Source: Armatimonadota bacterium
GTDB taxonomy: Bacteria > Armatimonadota > Zipacnadia > Zipacnadales > UBA5352
Direction: 5' to 3'
Length of the DNA: 54,791 nt
Assembly: GCA_034722055.1 (NCBI GenBank)
Contig: JAYENL010000278.1
Span: 1 to 54,791 of the forward strand
Part shown: positions 47,661-54,791 of the stretch, in pieces
How positions within the stretch are numbered: the stretch's first letter is position 1
Layout of the letters: every line of letters starts with the position of its first letter
Notes under the pieces: generated by a model
Told to the model about the DNA's origin: nothing
Seen by the model: the letters and a program-made list of their open reading frames with translations, nothing else
Databases searched by the model: none
Made by a program: the position numbers and the translations under genes

Positions 47661-47930
47661 ATGGCGCACAAAAAGGGAATGGGGTCCACCCGCAATGGGC
47701 GGGACTCGCGAAGCAAACGACTGGGCACCAAGCGGTTTGAGGGCCAGCAGGTGAAGGCTGGCAGCATCATCGTGCGGCAGCGGGGCACCAAGTTCCGCCC
47801 CGGCCGCAACGTCGGGATCGGCGGCGATGACACCATCTTCGCCAAGGCCCACGGCTTCGTGGAGTTCGAACAGAAGGGGCCCAACAAGCTCGTGCACGTC
47901 TGGCCCGAGCGGGCCCGGGTGGCGTCGTAG
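47661..47930 (+). CDS. rpmA: 50S ribosomal protein L27
   Basis: [36 protein letters not shown]. Confidence 0.98.
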   Translation: MAHKKGMGSTRNGRDSRSKRLGTKRFEGQQVKAGSIIVRQRGTKFRPGRNVGIGGDDTIFAKAHGFVEFEQKGPNKLVHVWPERARVAS

Positions 47931-47962
47931 GGCCACTCAGACAGGAGCCAAGCGTCATAGAG

Positions 47963-47993
47963 AACTGCCGGCACGTTCAGTGCCGGCGGTTTT
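47963..47993 (+). terminator. Hairpin/terminator between rpmA and obgE
   Basis: AACTGCCGGCAC-GTTCA-GTGCCGGCGGTT followed by TT. Confidence 0.6.
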
Positions 47994-48011
47994 CGTAAGC
48001 AGGCAGCTATC

Positions 48012-49319
48012 ATGAGCGGATTCATCGACGAGGCCAGGATAAACGTGCGCGCCGGCGACGGCGGCGACGGCGTGGTGAGCTTCCGTAGAGAGGCCTTCGA
48101 GCCCCGCGGCGGGCCAAACGGCGGGGATGGCGGCGATGGCGGCGATGTCTACCTGCAGGTCAAGGACGACATGCGCACGCTGCTCGACTTCGAGTACCGG
48201 AACACCTTCAGGGCCGAGGACGGGAGGATGGGCAGCTCCAAGAAGCATCGGGGACGCGACGGCCGGGACACAGTGATTCCCGTGCCGCCGGGCACCGTCG
48301 TCTACGACCTGGACCTGGGAGAGCAGGTATGCGACCTCACGCATGGGGGCCAGCGTCTGCTGGTTGCGCGCGGCGGGAAGGGAGGACGTGGGAACGCCTC
48401 CTTCGCCACGCCCAGCCGTCAGGCCCCGCGCTTCTGCCAGCTCGGCGCGCCGGGCGAGGAGCGCCATCTGCGACTGGAGCTGAAGCTGCTCGCGGACGTG
48501 GGGATCATCGGCTACCCGAACGTGGGCAAGTCCAGCTTCATCTCCCGCGTCTCAGCCGCCAAGCCGGAGGTGGCCGCATATCCCTTCACGACCCTGCAGC
48601 CGAACCTGGGAGTGGTGCAGTTCGAGGACTTCACCACCATGGTCATCGCGGACATGCCGGGGCTGATCGTGGGCGCGCATGAGGGCGTGGGCCTCGGGGA
48701 TCGCTTCCTGCGGCACATCGAGCGCACCAAGCTGCTGGTGCATATGGTGGACGCCAGCGGCCTGGAAGGCCGCGATCTGCTCCAGGACTTCCGGGAGATC
48801 AACCGCGAGCTGGAGATGTATGACGCGCGCCTCGCGAGGCTGGAGCAGGTGGTGGCGCTGAATAAGATGGACCTGCCCCAGGGCCGCGAGAGGGCGGCGG
48901 AGCTGCGGGAGGCGCTGGAGGCGGAGGGCTACGCGGTGTTCGCCATCTCCGCAGCGACCGGGGAGGGCACCAGGGAGCTGCTGGATCACCTCCGGGAGCG
49001 GCTGTTCGCGCATGGGCACGAGGTGGAGCCGGAGCCCCCCGACGAGGAGGAGATGGAGCTCGAGATCCCGCCGCTGCCGAGACGACCCTTGAGGGTGCGG
49101 CGGCTGGATGGGGAGACGATGGGAGTGACCGGCACGCGCATCGAGAAGCTGGCGGCGACGGTGGACATGGAGGCCGACGAGGCCGTGGCATGGTTTCAGC
49201 AGCAGCTCGAGGAGCAGGGGGTGCTGAAGGCCCTTCGCGAGGCCGGCGTCGAGGAGGGGGACACCGTGGTCATCGGCGCCGTGGAGTTCGTGTATACGAC
49301 TGAAGAGGCCACGAAGTAG
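48012..49319 (+). CDS. obgE: GTPase ObgE/CgtA
   Basis: Gly-rich Obg fold, GYPNVGKS, YPFTT, DMPG, FLRHIERT, NKMD, ISA; C-terminal OCT domain (AGVEEGDTV.IG). Confidence 0.97.
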   Translation: MSGFIDEARINVRAGDGGDGVVSFRREAFEPRGGPNGGDGGDGGDVYLQVKDDMRTLLDFEYRNTFRAEDGRMGSSKKHRGRDGRDTVIPVPPGTVVYDLDLGEQVCDLTHGGQRLLVARGGKGGRGNASFATPSRQAPRFCQLGAPGEERHLRLELKLLADVGIIGYPNVGKSSFISRVSAAKPEVAAYPFTTLQPNLGVVQFEDFTTMVIADMPGLIVGAHEGVGLGDRFLRHIERTKLLVHMVDASGLEGRDLLQDFREINRELEMYDARLARLEQVVALNKMDLPQGRERAAELREALEAEGYAVFAISAATGEGTRELLDHLRERLFAHGHEVEPEPPDEEEMELEIPPLPRRPLRVRRLDGETMGVTGTRIEKLAATVDMEADEAVAWFQQQLEEQGVLKALREAGVEEGDTVVIGAVEFVYTTEEATK

Positions 49320-49408
49320 TCGCCCCTCCGCCGCCAGGGGCCACCGTTGCTGGTGTCGCCCTTATCTGCTATGCTGAGGTCAGATCACGGCAGGCAGAGG
49401 TGAGACTC

Positions 49409-49648
49409 ATGGCCGATTGGCGCGGACACATCAGCGTGAACCCAAAGGTGATGTTCGGGAAGCCCTGTATCGCGGGAACGCGCATCCCGGTCAGGGACAT
49501 ACTGGACAAGCTGGCGGCTGACATCACTGTTGAGCAGATTCTCCGCGACTATCCTACCATTACTCGCGAGGACGTGATGGCGGCGCTGGCCTACGCTGCG
49601 GATGTCATAGGCTGCGAAGAGGTCATCCCCACGGAGGCTATCGAGTGA
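49409..49648 (+). CDS. DUF433 family antitoxin
   Basis: I.VNPKVMFGKPCIAGTRIPV, IL.DYP.IT.EDV.AAL.YA; GAGGTGA RBS. Confidence 0.93.
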   Translation: MADWRGHISVNPKVMFGKPCIAGTRIPVRDILDKLAADITVEQILRDYPTITREDVMAALAYAADVIGCEEVIPTEAIE

Positions 49649-50004
49649 GGTGGCTGGCAGACGAGAACGTCGAGACCGGCGTCGTTGAGGCCCTTCGCTC
49701 ACTTGGCCATGACGTTGAGTGGGTATCGGAGACCGCGTCCGGGGCTGAGGATGAGGACGTTATCGCTGCAGCAAGGGCGGGGAAGCGCCTTATTCTTACC
49801 AATGCTAAGGACTTCGGGGAGCTCGTCTTTCGGCTTGGACTGGCTGCGGCTGGCATCGTGCTGCTACGGGTCAGCACTCGGGACGCGGACGAGAAGGGGA
49901 GGCACCTCCGCCGCGTCCTTCCCGCAATCACGGATCGCCTCCGAGGCTCTTTCACGGTGGTAACAGACGACGGGGTGCGGGTGCGCGCTCTCGACCATAG
50001 GTGA
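49645..50004 (+). CDS. DUF5615 PIN-like toxin (VapC45-like)
   Basis: RWLADENV, L...GHDV, D..VI..A, ILT..KDFGELVF, GIVLLR; GTGA overlap with DUF433. Confidence 0.9.
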   Translation: MRWLADENVETGVVEALRSLGHDVEWVSETASGAEDEDVIAAARAGKRLILTNAKDFGELVFRLGLAAAGIVLLRVSTRDADEKGRHLRRVLPAITDRLRGSFTVVTDDGVRVRALDHR

Positions 50005-50013
50005 TGCGAGGGG

Positions 50014-50188
50014 GAAGCTGGCGGCGACGGTGGACATGGAGGCCGACGAGGCCGTGGCATGGTTTCAGCAGCAGCTCGAGGAGCAGGGGGTGCTGAAGGC
50101 GCTCCGGGAGGCCGGCGTCGAGGAGGGGGATACCGTGGTCATCGGCGCCGTGGAGTTCGTGTATACGACTGAAGAGCCCACGAAGTAG
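50014..50188 (+). pseudogene. Orphan 3' fragment of obgE (OCT domain)
   Basis: Second repeat copy keeps the obgE frame to TAG 50186-50188 but lacks the rest of the gene. Confidence 0.75.
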
Positions 50189-50534
50189 TCGCCCCTCCGG
50201 CCGGCTTGTGTCGCACAGCGCCACTCAATCGTGACAAGCTCGGGCTGGCCTCCTCCGCGTGCTCTGCACCCGTCTTCGTGCGCGCCTCGGCGGCAACAAC
50301 AGCGGCTGGCTGGTCCACAGACACTGCCGCCGCGGATTGCGGCGGTAGTGCCCCGCGCGCAACCGAGAGTCTGAGGACGTTCCCTCCGCTGTGACGCGCG
50401 CTTTCCTCTCCGTGGTCTCCTGTGGTAGAATCAGCCAGAGCGTGGGTCGGCCCCGTCACAGGGCGGGACCGTGGGCTTCGGACGTGTTAAGCGAATGCCC
50501 GCCTGGAGTTGACAGGAACTGGGGAGGGACGGTT

Positions 50535-51461
50535 GTGTCTGAGGTGAGAGAGCATGAGCTGGTCGTGATCGGCGGGGGTGCGGCGGGGCTGACCGCCGGC
50601 ATCTACGCCGTGCGCTACGGGCTGGACGTGGTGCTGCTGACGGTAGGGGCGCCGGGCGGACAGACCGCCACCGCCACTACCATCGAGAACTTCCCCGGCT
50701 TCCCCGAGGGGATCACCGGCGCGGAGCTGATCATGCGGCTGACGCAGCAGGCCGAGAGCTTCGGCGTCGTCATGGAGAACGCCGAGGTCACCAGCATCCG
50801 GTCTGAGGGTGAGCGGTGGCGGACGATCAGCGCCCCGCAGGAGTATCTCTCGACGGCGGTGATTCTGGCAGTCGGGGCTCACCCGCGCCACCTGAAGATC
50901 CCGGGTGAGCGGGAGCTGTTCGGGCGGGGGGTCTCCTACTGCGCCACGTGCGACGGGTTCTTCTACCGCGACGAGACGGTTGCCGTGATCGGCGGGGGGG
51001 ATACGGCCGCCGAGGAAGCCCTGTATATGGCGAACATCGCGAAGAATGTCTATCTGGTGCACCGCCGCGATGAGCTGCGGGCGACCGAGATTCTGGCCGA
51101 GCGCGTGCTAAGGAACGGGAAGGTCGAGGTGATCTGGGACTCCGTGCCCTCCGAGATCCGTGGGGATGACGAGGTGACCTCGGTGATACTGCATAACAGG
51201 AAGACAGGGGAGGACTCGGAGCTGGAGGTTAGTGGGGTGTTCGTGGCCATCGGCTACGAGCCGAACACGGAGTTCCTTGGCGACCTGGTGGAACTTGAGG
51301 ACGGCTTCATCGTCACAGATGAACGGATGCGCACGTCGCAGCCGGGCATCTTCGCCTGCGGTGACGTGCGGGATACGCCCCTGCGACAGGTGGCCACGGC
51401 GGTGGGGGACGCGGCCATCGCGGCAGACAGTGCCTATCACTACATATCCGAGGGGCGCTGA
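50535..51461 (+). CDS. trxB: Thioredoxin-disulfide reductase
   Basis: IGGGAAG, GGQ, IENFPGF, GRGVSYCATCDG, GGGDTA.EEA, HRRD, GIFACGDV, RQ.ATAVGD; GGAGG before GTG 50535. Confidence 0.96.
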   Translation: MSEVREHELVVIGGGAAGLTAGIYAVRYGLDVVLLTVGAPGGQTATATTIENFPGFPEGITGAELIMRLTQQAESFGVVMENAEVTSIRSEGERWRTISAPQEYLSTAVILAVGAHPRHLKIPGERELFGRGVSYCATCDGFFYRDETVAVIGGGDTAAEEALYMANIAKNVYLVHRRDELRATEILAERVLRNGKVEVIWDSVPSEIRGDDEVTSVILHNRKTGEDSELEVSGVFVAIGYEPNTEFLGDLVELEDGFIVTDERMRTSQPGIFACGDVRDTPLRQVATAVGDAAIAADSAYHYISEGR

Positions 51462-51507
51462 CGAGCCGCGGCGAGTGGCACGGCGAGGGCGGATGGAGGT
51501 ATGCGCG

Positions 51508-53490
51508 ATGAACAGAAGCTGGCCGATGGCGCGCCTGATGCTGGCCGCGGTCCTGGCGGCCGGGCTGATGCTGGTGGGCGCGGGCTGCGAGGATGACGTC
51601 GAGGAGGCCCTCGGTGAGGCCTCGGCAGCGTCCATCGAGGCCGCTTATGATGTGGACCATGATCCTCTGATGAATGAGTGGCTCAACCACGCGGGGCAGA
51701 CGATCGTGGCCCAGAGCCGCCGCCAGACGATCCCCTACGAGTTCAAGGTCATCGAGACCGACCTGGTCAATGCCTTCGCTGCGCCCTACGGACACATCTA
51801 CCTCACGCGCGGCTTCATGGACTTCTGCGAGAGCGAGGACGAGGTGTGGATGGTCCTGGCCCACGAGGTGGGGCACGTGGTGCATCGGGACTCCATCAAA
51901 TCCTTCAAGCAGAGCCTGCTGATGGGCATTCTCACCCAGGTAATCAAGGGCGAGTCCCGGACGGTGGGTGACGTCGTCGGGATCGGCCTGGGCCTGCTCT
52001 CACTGCGGTACAGTCGCGATGACGAGTACGAGGCTGACGACGCGGGCACGCTGCTGTGCTATCGGGCCGGCTACGATCCTCATAAGGGCCTGGACTTCTA
52101 CCACCGGCTGATGACGAAGCTCCAGAAGCATCGGCCAAGCCGGTTCGAGGTCTACTTCATGACCCACCCGCGCACCGACGATCGCATCAAGCGGCAGCTC
52201 AAGCGGGAGGAGCTGAGCACCGAGGATGCGGAGGTGCTGATGCGGATCGCGCGGGGGTACATGACGCGCGGACAGCCGGCGAGAGCGGCCCAGATGCTGC
52301 GCGAGGCTCTGACGGTAGCGCCGGAGTCGGCCGCACTGCACTCCCTGCTGGGCGATGCCTACGCGGCGCGCGGGGAGCTTGGGCTTGCGAGGGCGCACTA
52401 CAAGACCGCGCGCGAACAGGAGCCCGACAGCCGCTACGTGCGCGCACGGCTTGCGGCCCTGGACGACGCCCCCATGCCCGCTACGGAGGGCGTGGGACCG
52501 CCCGGCCGGCAGAAGGCCGGGGAGCTGCTGGCAGAGCTGTCGGAGGTGCGGGCGCTGTCGGAGAGCTCGCGAGCCAGCGCCACACGCTACGCTCAGAAGA
52601 CGAGGGAGCAGATCGGCGACCTGGTCTCGACGGTGAAGGGCATCAACGAGCGGCTGCTGGACCTCGCCGACTATGAGGGCGATGTTACCGAGGCCACGCA
52701 GGAGTTGCTGGTGCGCGGCAATGCGGCCATCTCCCGGGCGACGGAGCCGATCTACGTGCTGGAGGCGGTGAACGAGGGCCTGGAGGACATGGGAGCGGAG
52801 ATCGGCGGTCTGCTGACGAAGTGCGAGGGCCGGCTGGAGGCGGCCCGGGCCGGAGAGGGGAATCCCGAGGACATTCCGGCGCTGCAGACGGCTGTGCGGG
52901 AGCTGCGCCGCGGGAGCGCCACGCTGGAGCTTGCCATGGCGGAGGCGCCGAATACTGTCGGTGACGTCCGCGCGGCACAGTCCTCGGCCAGGGGCGTGGC
53001 GTCGCTGATGGAGAGGATGGTACGCGAAGACGATCCAGAGAGCCTGGCGGCCGACCAGCTCCGGAACGCCGCAAGCCATACCCAGAAGCTGGGCAGCGAC
53101 GCCCTGCAGGCGGTCAATCGGGCGCGGCGGCAGAGCGTGAAGGCCCGCAGCCACGCGCTGCTGGCGCGGCTGAACCTGCTCGGGACACAGGCGACGCCCT
53201 ACGAGCAGAGGCTGTTCGACCGGCAGATCGCGCACCTGCTGCTGGTGCCGGAGGCGCAGGTGCGGGCGGTGCGCGCCGCCGGCGCGGGCTACGGTGAGAC
53301 GGCCATGTCGATCGCCGCCGCCAAGAGCCTCAGGGCGGACCCGGGACAGCACATGCCCACAGTCGCAGCCGGAGTGAGCCCGGTGGGGTCGGCCATGGAG
53401 CAGGGGGCGGCGATCGCCAATGCCAACGTGCTGATGAAGTTCCTGGCGGATCGCATGCAGTCCGAGCGGGACGCAGCTGAGGCCATGTGA
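51508..53490 (+). CDS. M48 family zinc metalloprotease lipoprotein with TPR and long helical C-terminus
   Basis: Lipobox-like VGAGC, VNAFA.P.G.IY, AHEVGH, YSR..E.EAD, THP; TPR segment. Confidence 0.88.
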   Translation: MNRSWPMARLMLAAVLAAGLMLVGAGCEDDVEEALGEASAASIEAAYDVDHDPLMNEWLNHAGQTIVAQSRRQTIPYEFKVIETDLVNAFAAPYGHIYLTRGFMDFCESEDEVWMVLAHEVGHVVHRDSIKSFKQSLLMGILTQVIKGESRTVGDVVGIGLGLLSLRYSRDDEYEADDAGTLLCYRAGYDPHKGLDFYHRLMTKLQKHRPSRFEVYFMTHPRTDDRIKRQLKREELSTEDAEVLMRIARGYMTRGQPARAAQMLREALTVAPESAALHSLLGDAYAARGELGLARAHYKTAREQEPDSRYVRARLAALDDAPMPATEGVGPPGRQKAGELLAELSEVRALSESSRASATRYAQKTREQIGDLVSTVKGINERLLDLADYEGDVTEATQELLVRGNAAISRATEPIYVLEAVNEGLEDMGAEIGGLLTKCEGRLEAARAGEGNPEDIPALQTAVRELRRGSATLELAMAEAPNTVGDVRAAQSSARGVASLMERMVREDDPESLAADQLRNAASHTQKLGSDALQAVNRARRQSVKARSHALLARLNLLGTQATPYEQRLFDRQIAHLLLVPEAQVRAVRAAGAGYGETAMSIAAAKSLRADPGQHMPTVAAGVSPVGSAMEQGAAIANANVLMKFLADRMQSERDAAEAM

Positions 53491-53615
53491 TTCGGGTCCT
53501 CATCATGGGACACTGGGGCTCGCGGCGATCGTCGCGGGCCCTTTCTGTTGGGGAGTAGGTGTTCGCGCCCCCGCCGCCGAAACGACACTGGCCGAAGGCA
53601 TCCGGCGTTGAGAGG

Positions 53616-54737
53616 ATGGCGGATGTGAGCGAGATGACCGGTCGCCAGCGATTCATGACCGCGCTGCGCCTGGAGCAGCCCGACCGCGTGCCCATCTGGG
53701 AGCTGATCGTGGACGAGCCGGTGGTGCACGCTATGATGGGGCCGGACGGCACCTACGCGGACCTGGTGGAGGCGGAACTGGATGGTGCGACCTGCGTTGA
53801 GAACCAGATCTTCGAGCCCGTCGATGAGGATCACGACCGCGATGAGTGGGGGATCGTGTGGGGCTATACGGCGGGCGGCATTCCCTACCCGGCCGGACAC
53901 CCGATAGAGAGCTGGGATGACATGGCCGATTGGGAGCCTCCGGACCCCGAGGCCGACCATCGCCTGGATCGGCTGCAGGAGCTCGTGGAGCGCTTCAAGG
54001 GGCGCAAGGCCATCGTCTTCCTGGGCCACGACACCTTCGAGTTCACCCACTACCTGCGGGGCATGGACAGGCTGCTGATGGACTACGTGATGGAGCCGGA
54101 GAGGGTGCACGAGCTGTCGCGGATCGTGATCGACTACAAGAAGCGGGTCATGGAGCGGGCCCTGGAGATGGGGGCGGACGTGGGACTGACAGGGGACGAC
54201 TATTCCCACCGCCACGCGCCGATCATGTCACCGGCGCACTTCGAGGAGTTCATCCAGCCCTACCTGGCGGAGATCGTAGAGGTCACGCACGAGCAGGGCG
54301 CGCCCTTCATTAAGCACACCGACGGCAACATCTGGCAGATCTTCGACCTGATTGCCGATACCGGCATCGATGCGATCGATCCTCTGGAACCGATCGCGGG
54401 GATGGACATCGGCGAAGTGAAGGAGGCCTACGGCGACCGGATCGCCGTGTGCGGAAACGTGGACTGCGGGGAGCTGCTCTCGCGGGGGACGCCAGAGGAG
54501 GTGGTGGAGGCGGTGAAGGAGACTATCGCCAAGGCCTCGTCCGGCGGGGGGCACATCATGGCCTCCAGCAACTCCATTCACCCGGCGGTGAAGCCCGAGA
54601 ACTACCGGGCCATGATCGACGCGTCCATGCAGTTCGGCCGGTATCCGCTGGATGAGAAGATGGTCGAGGAGTACCGGCAGCGCAACTATATCGAGCGCAT
54701 CACCGGAGAGGAGTACGAGCGCTTCCGCCGGGTGTGA
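53616..54737 (+). CDS. Uroporphyrinogen decarboxylase / MtaA-CmuA-like protein
   Basis: R...AL....PDRVP, DEWG, LRG, GDDY, MSP, HTDGN, GNVD, GTPEEV, SSNS. Start uncertain (53616-53634). Confidence 0.88.
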   Translation: MADVSEMTGRQRFMTALRLEQPDRVPIWELIVDEPVVHAMMGPDGTYADLVEAELDGATCVENQIFEPVDEDHDRDEWGIVWGYTAGGIPYPAGHPIESWDDMADWEPPDPEADHRLDRLQELVERFKGRKAIVFLGHDTFEFTHYLRGMDRLLMDYVMEPERVHELSRIVIDYKKRVMERALEMGADVGLTGDDYSHRHAPIMSPAHFEEFIQPYLAEIVEVTHEQGAPFIKHTDGNIWQIFDLIADTGIDAIDPLEPIAGMDIGEVKEAYGDRIAVCGNVDCGELLSRGTPEEVVEAVKETIAKASSGGGHIMASSNSIHPAVKPENYRAMIDASMQFGRYPLDEKMVEEYRQRNYIERITGEEYERFRRV

Positions 54738-54791
54738 GGCAGAAAGAGGCGGGCCCGGACGTCGCCCGGCCCCCCACCCTGGCACGAGCGT

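Larger units (their letters stand above)
49145..50199 (+). repeat. 186-bp direct repeats (49145-49330 and 50014-50199) duplicating the obgE 3' end around a TA islet
   Basis: Manual alignment shows 5 mismatches in 186 nt at an offset of 869. Confidence 0.92.

Noticed and set aside
47296..47930. No prp protease gene between rplU and rpmA
   Set aside because: L27 begins directly with MAHKKG (no N-terminal extension), so Prp is not needed; this is ordinary.
50200..50534. Short ORFs and the long N-terminal extension of trxB in the ORF track
   Set aside because: No RBS or motifs; the trxB start at GTG 50535 has a good RBS and matches the family N-terminus.

Overview
High-GC bacterial chromosomal window. 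A DUF1559-type prepilin gene with an H-X9-DG motif, URO-D-family paralogs and sugar/sulfatase catabolic genes suggest Armatimonadota or a relative (inference). The window is mostly housekeeping and catabolic: mutS2, an HDAC-family gene, a Tat-exported sulfatase, dprA, a GH78 rhamnosidase, an aroQ-pepP-efp-accB-accC-nusB-xseAB-dxs-nadK-recN run, a 2-oxoacid:ferredoxin oxidoreductase operon, rplU-rpmA-obgE and trxB. I saw no rRNA, tRNA, CRISPR array, integrase or transposase. The strongest novel candidate is at 46337-47004: a perfect sigma70 promoter, two tandem 35-nt hairpin repeats with compensatory base changes, a T-tract terminator, then a lone NYN/LabA-DUF88 nuclease gene. This is the layout of a type III (RNA antitoxin) toxin-antitoxin system, but with a PIN-fold toxin. 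Also notable: a RecQ-like pseudo-helicase fused to a ComF-type PRTase and coupled to dprA, facing a PD-(D/E)XK pseudo-nuclease; a DUF433/DUF5615 TA islet bracketed by a 186-bp duplication of the obgE 3' end; an AccB lacking the canonical biotinylation motif; and a family of REP/REPIN-like palindromes. All product calls come from motif recognition; no database search was run.
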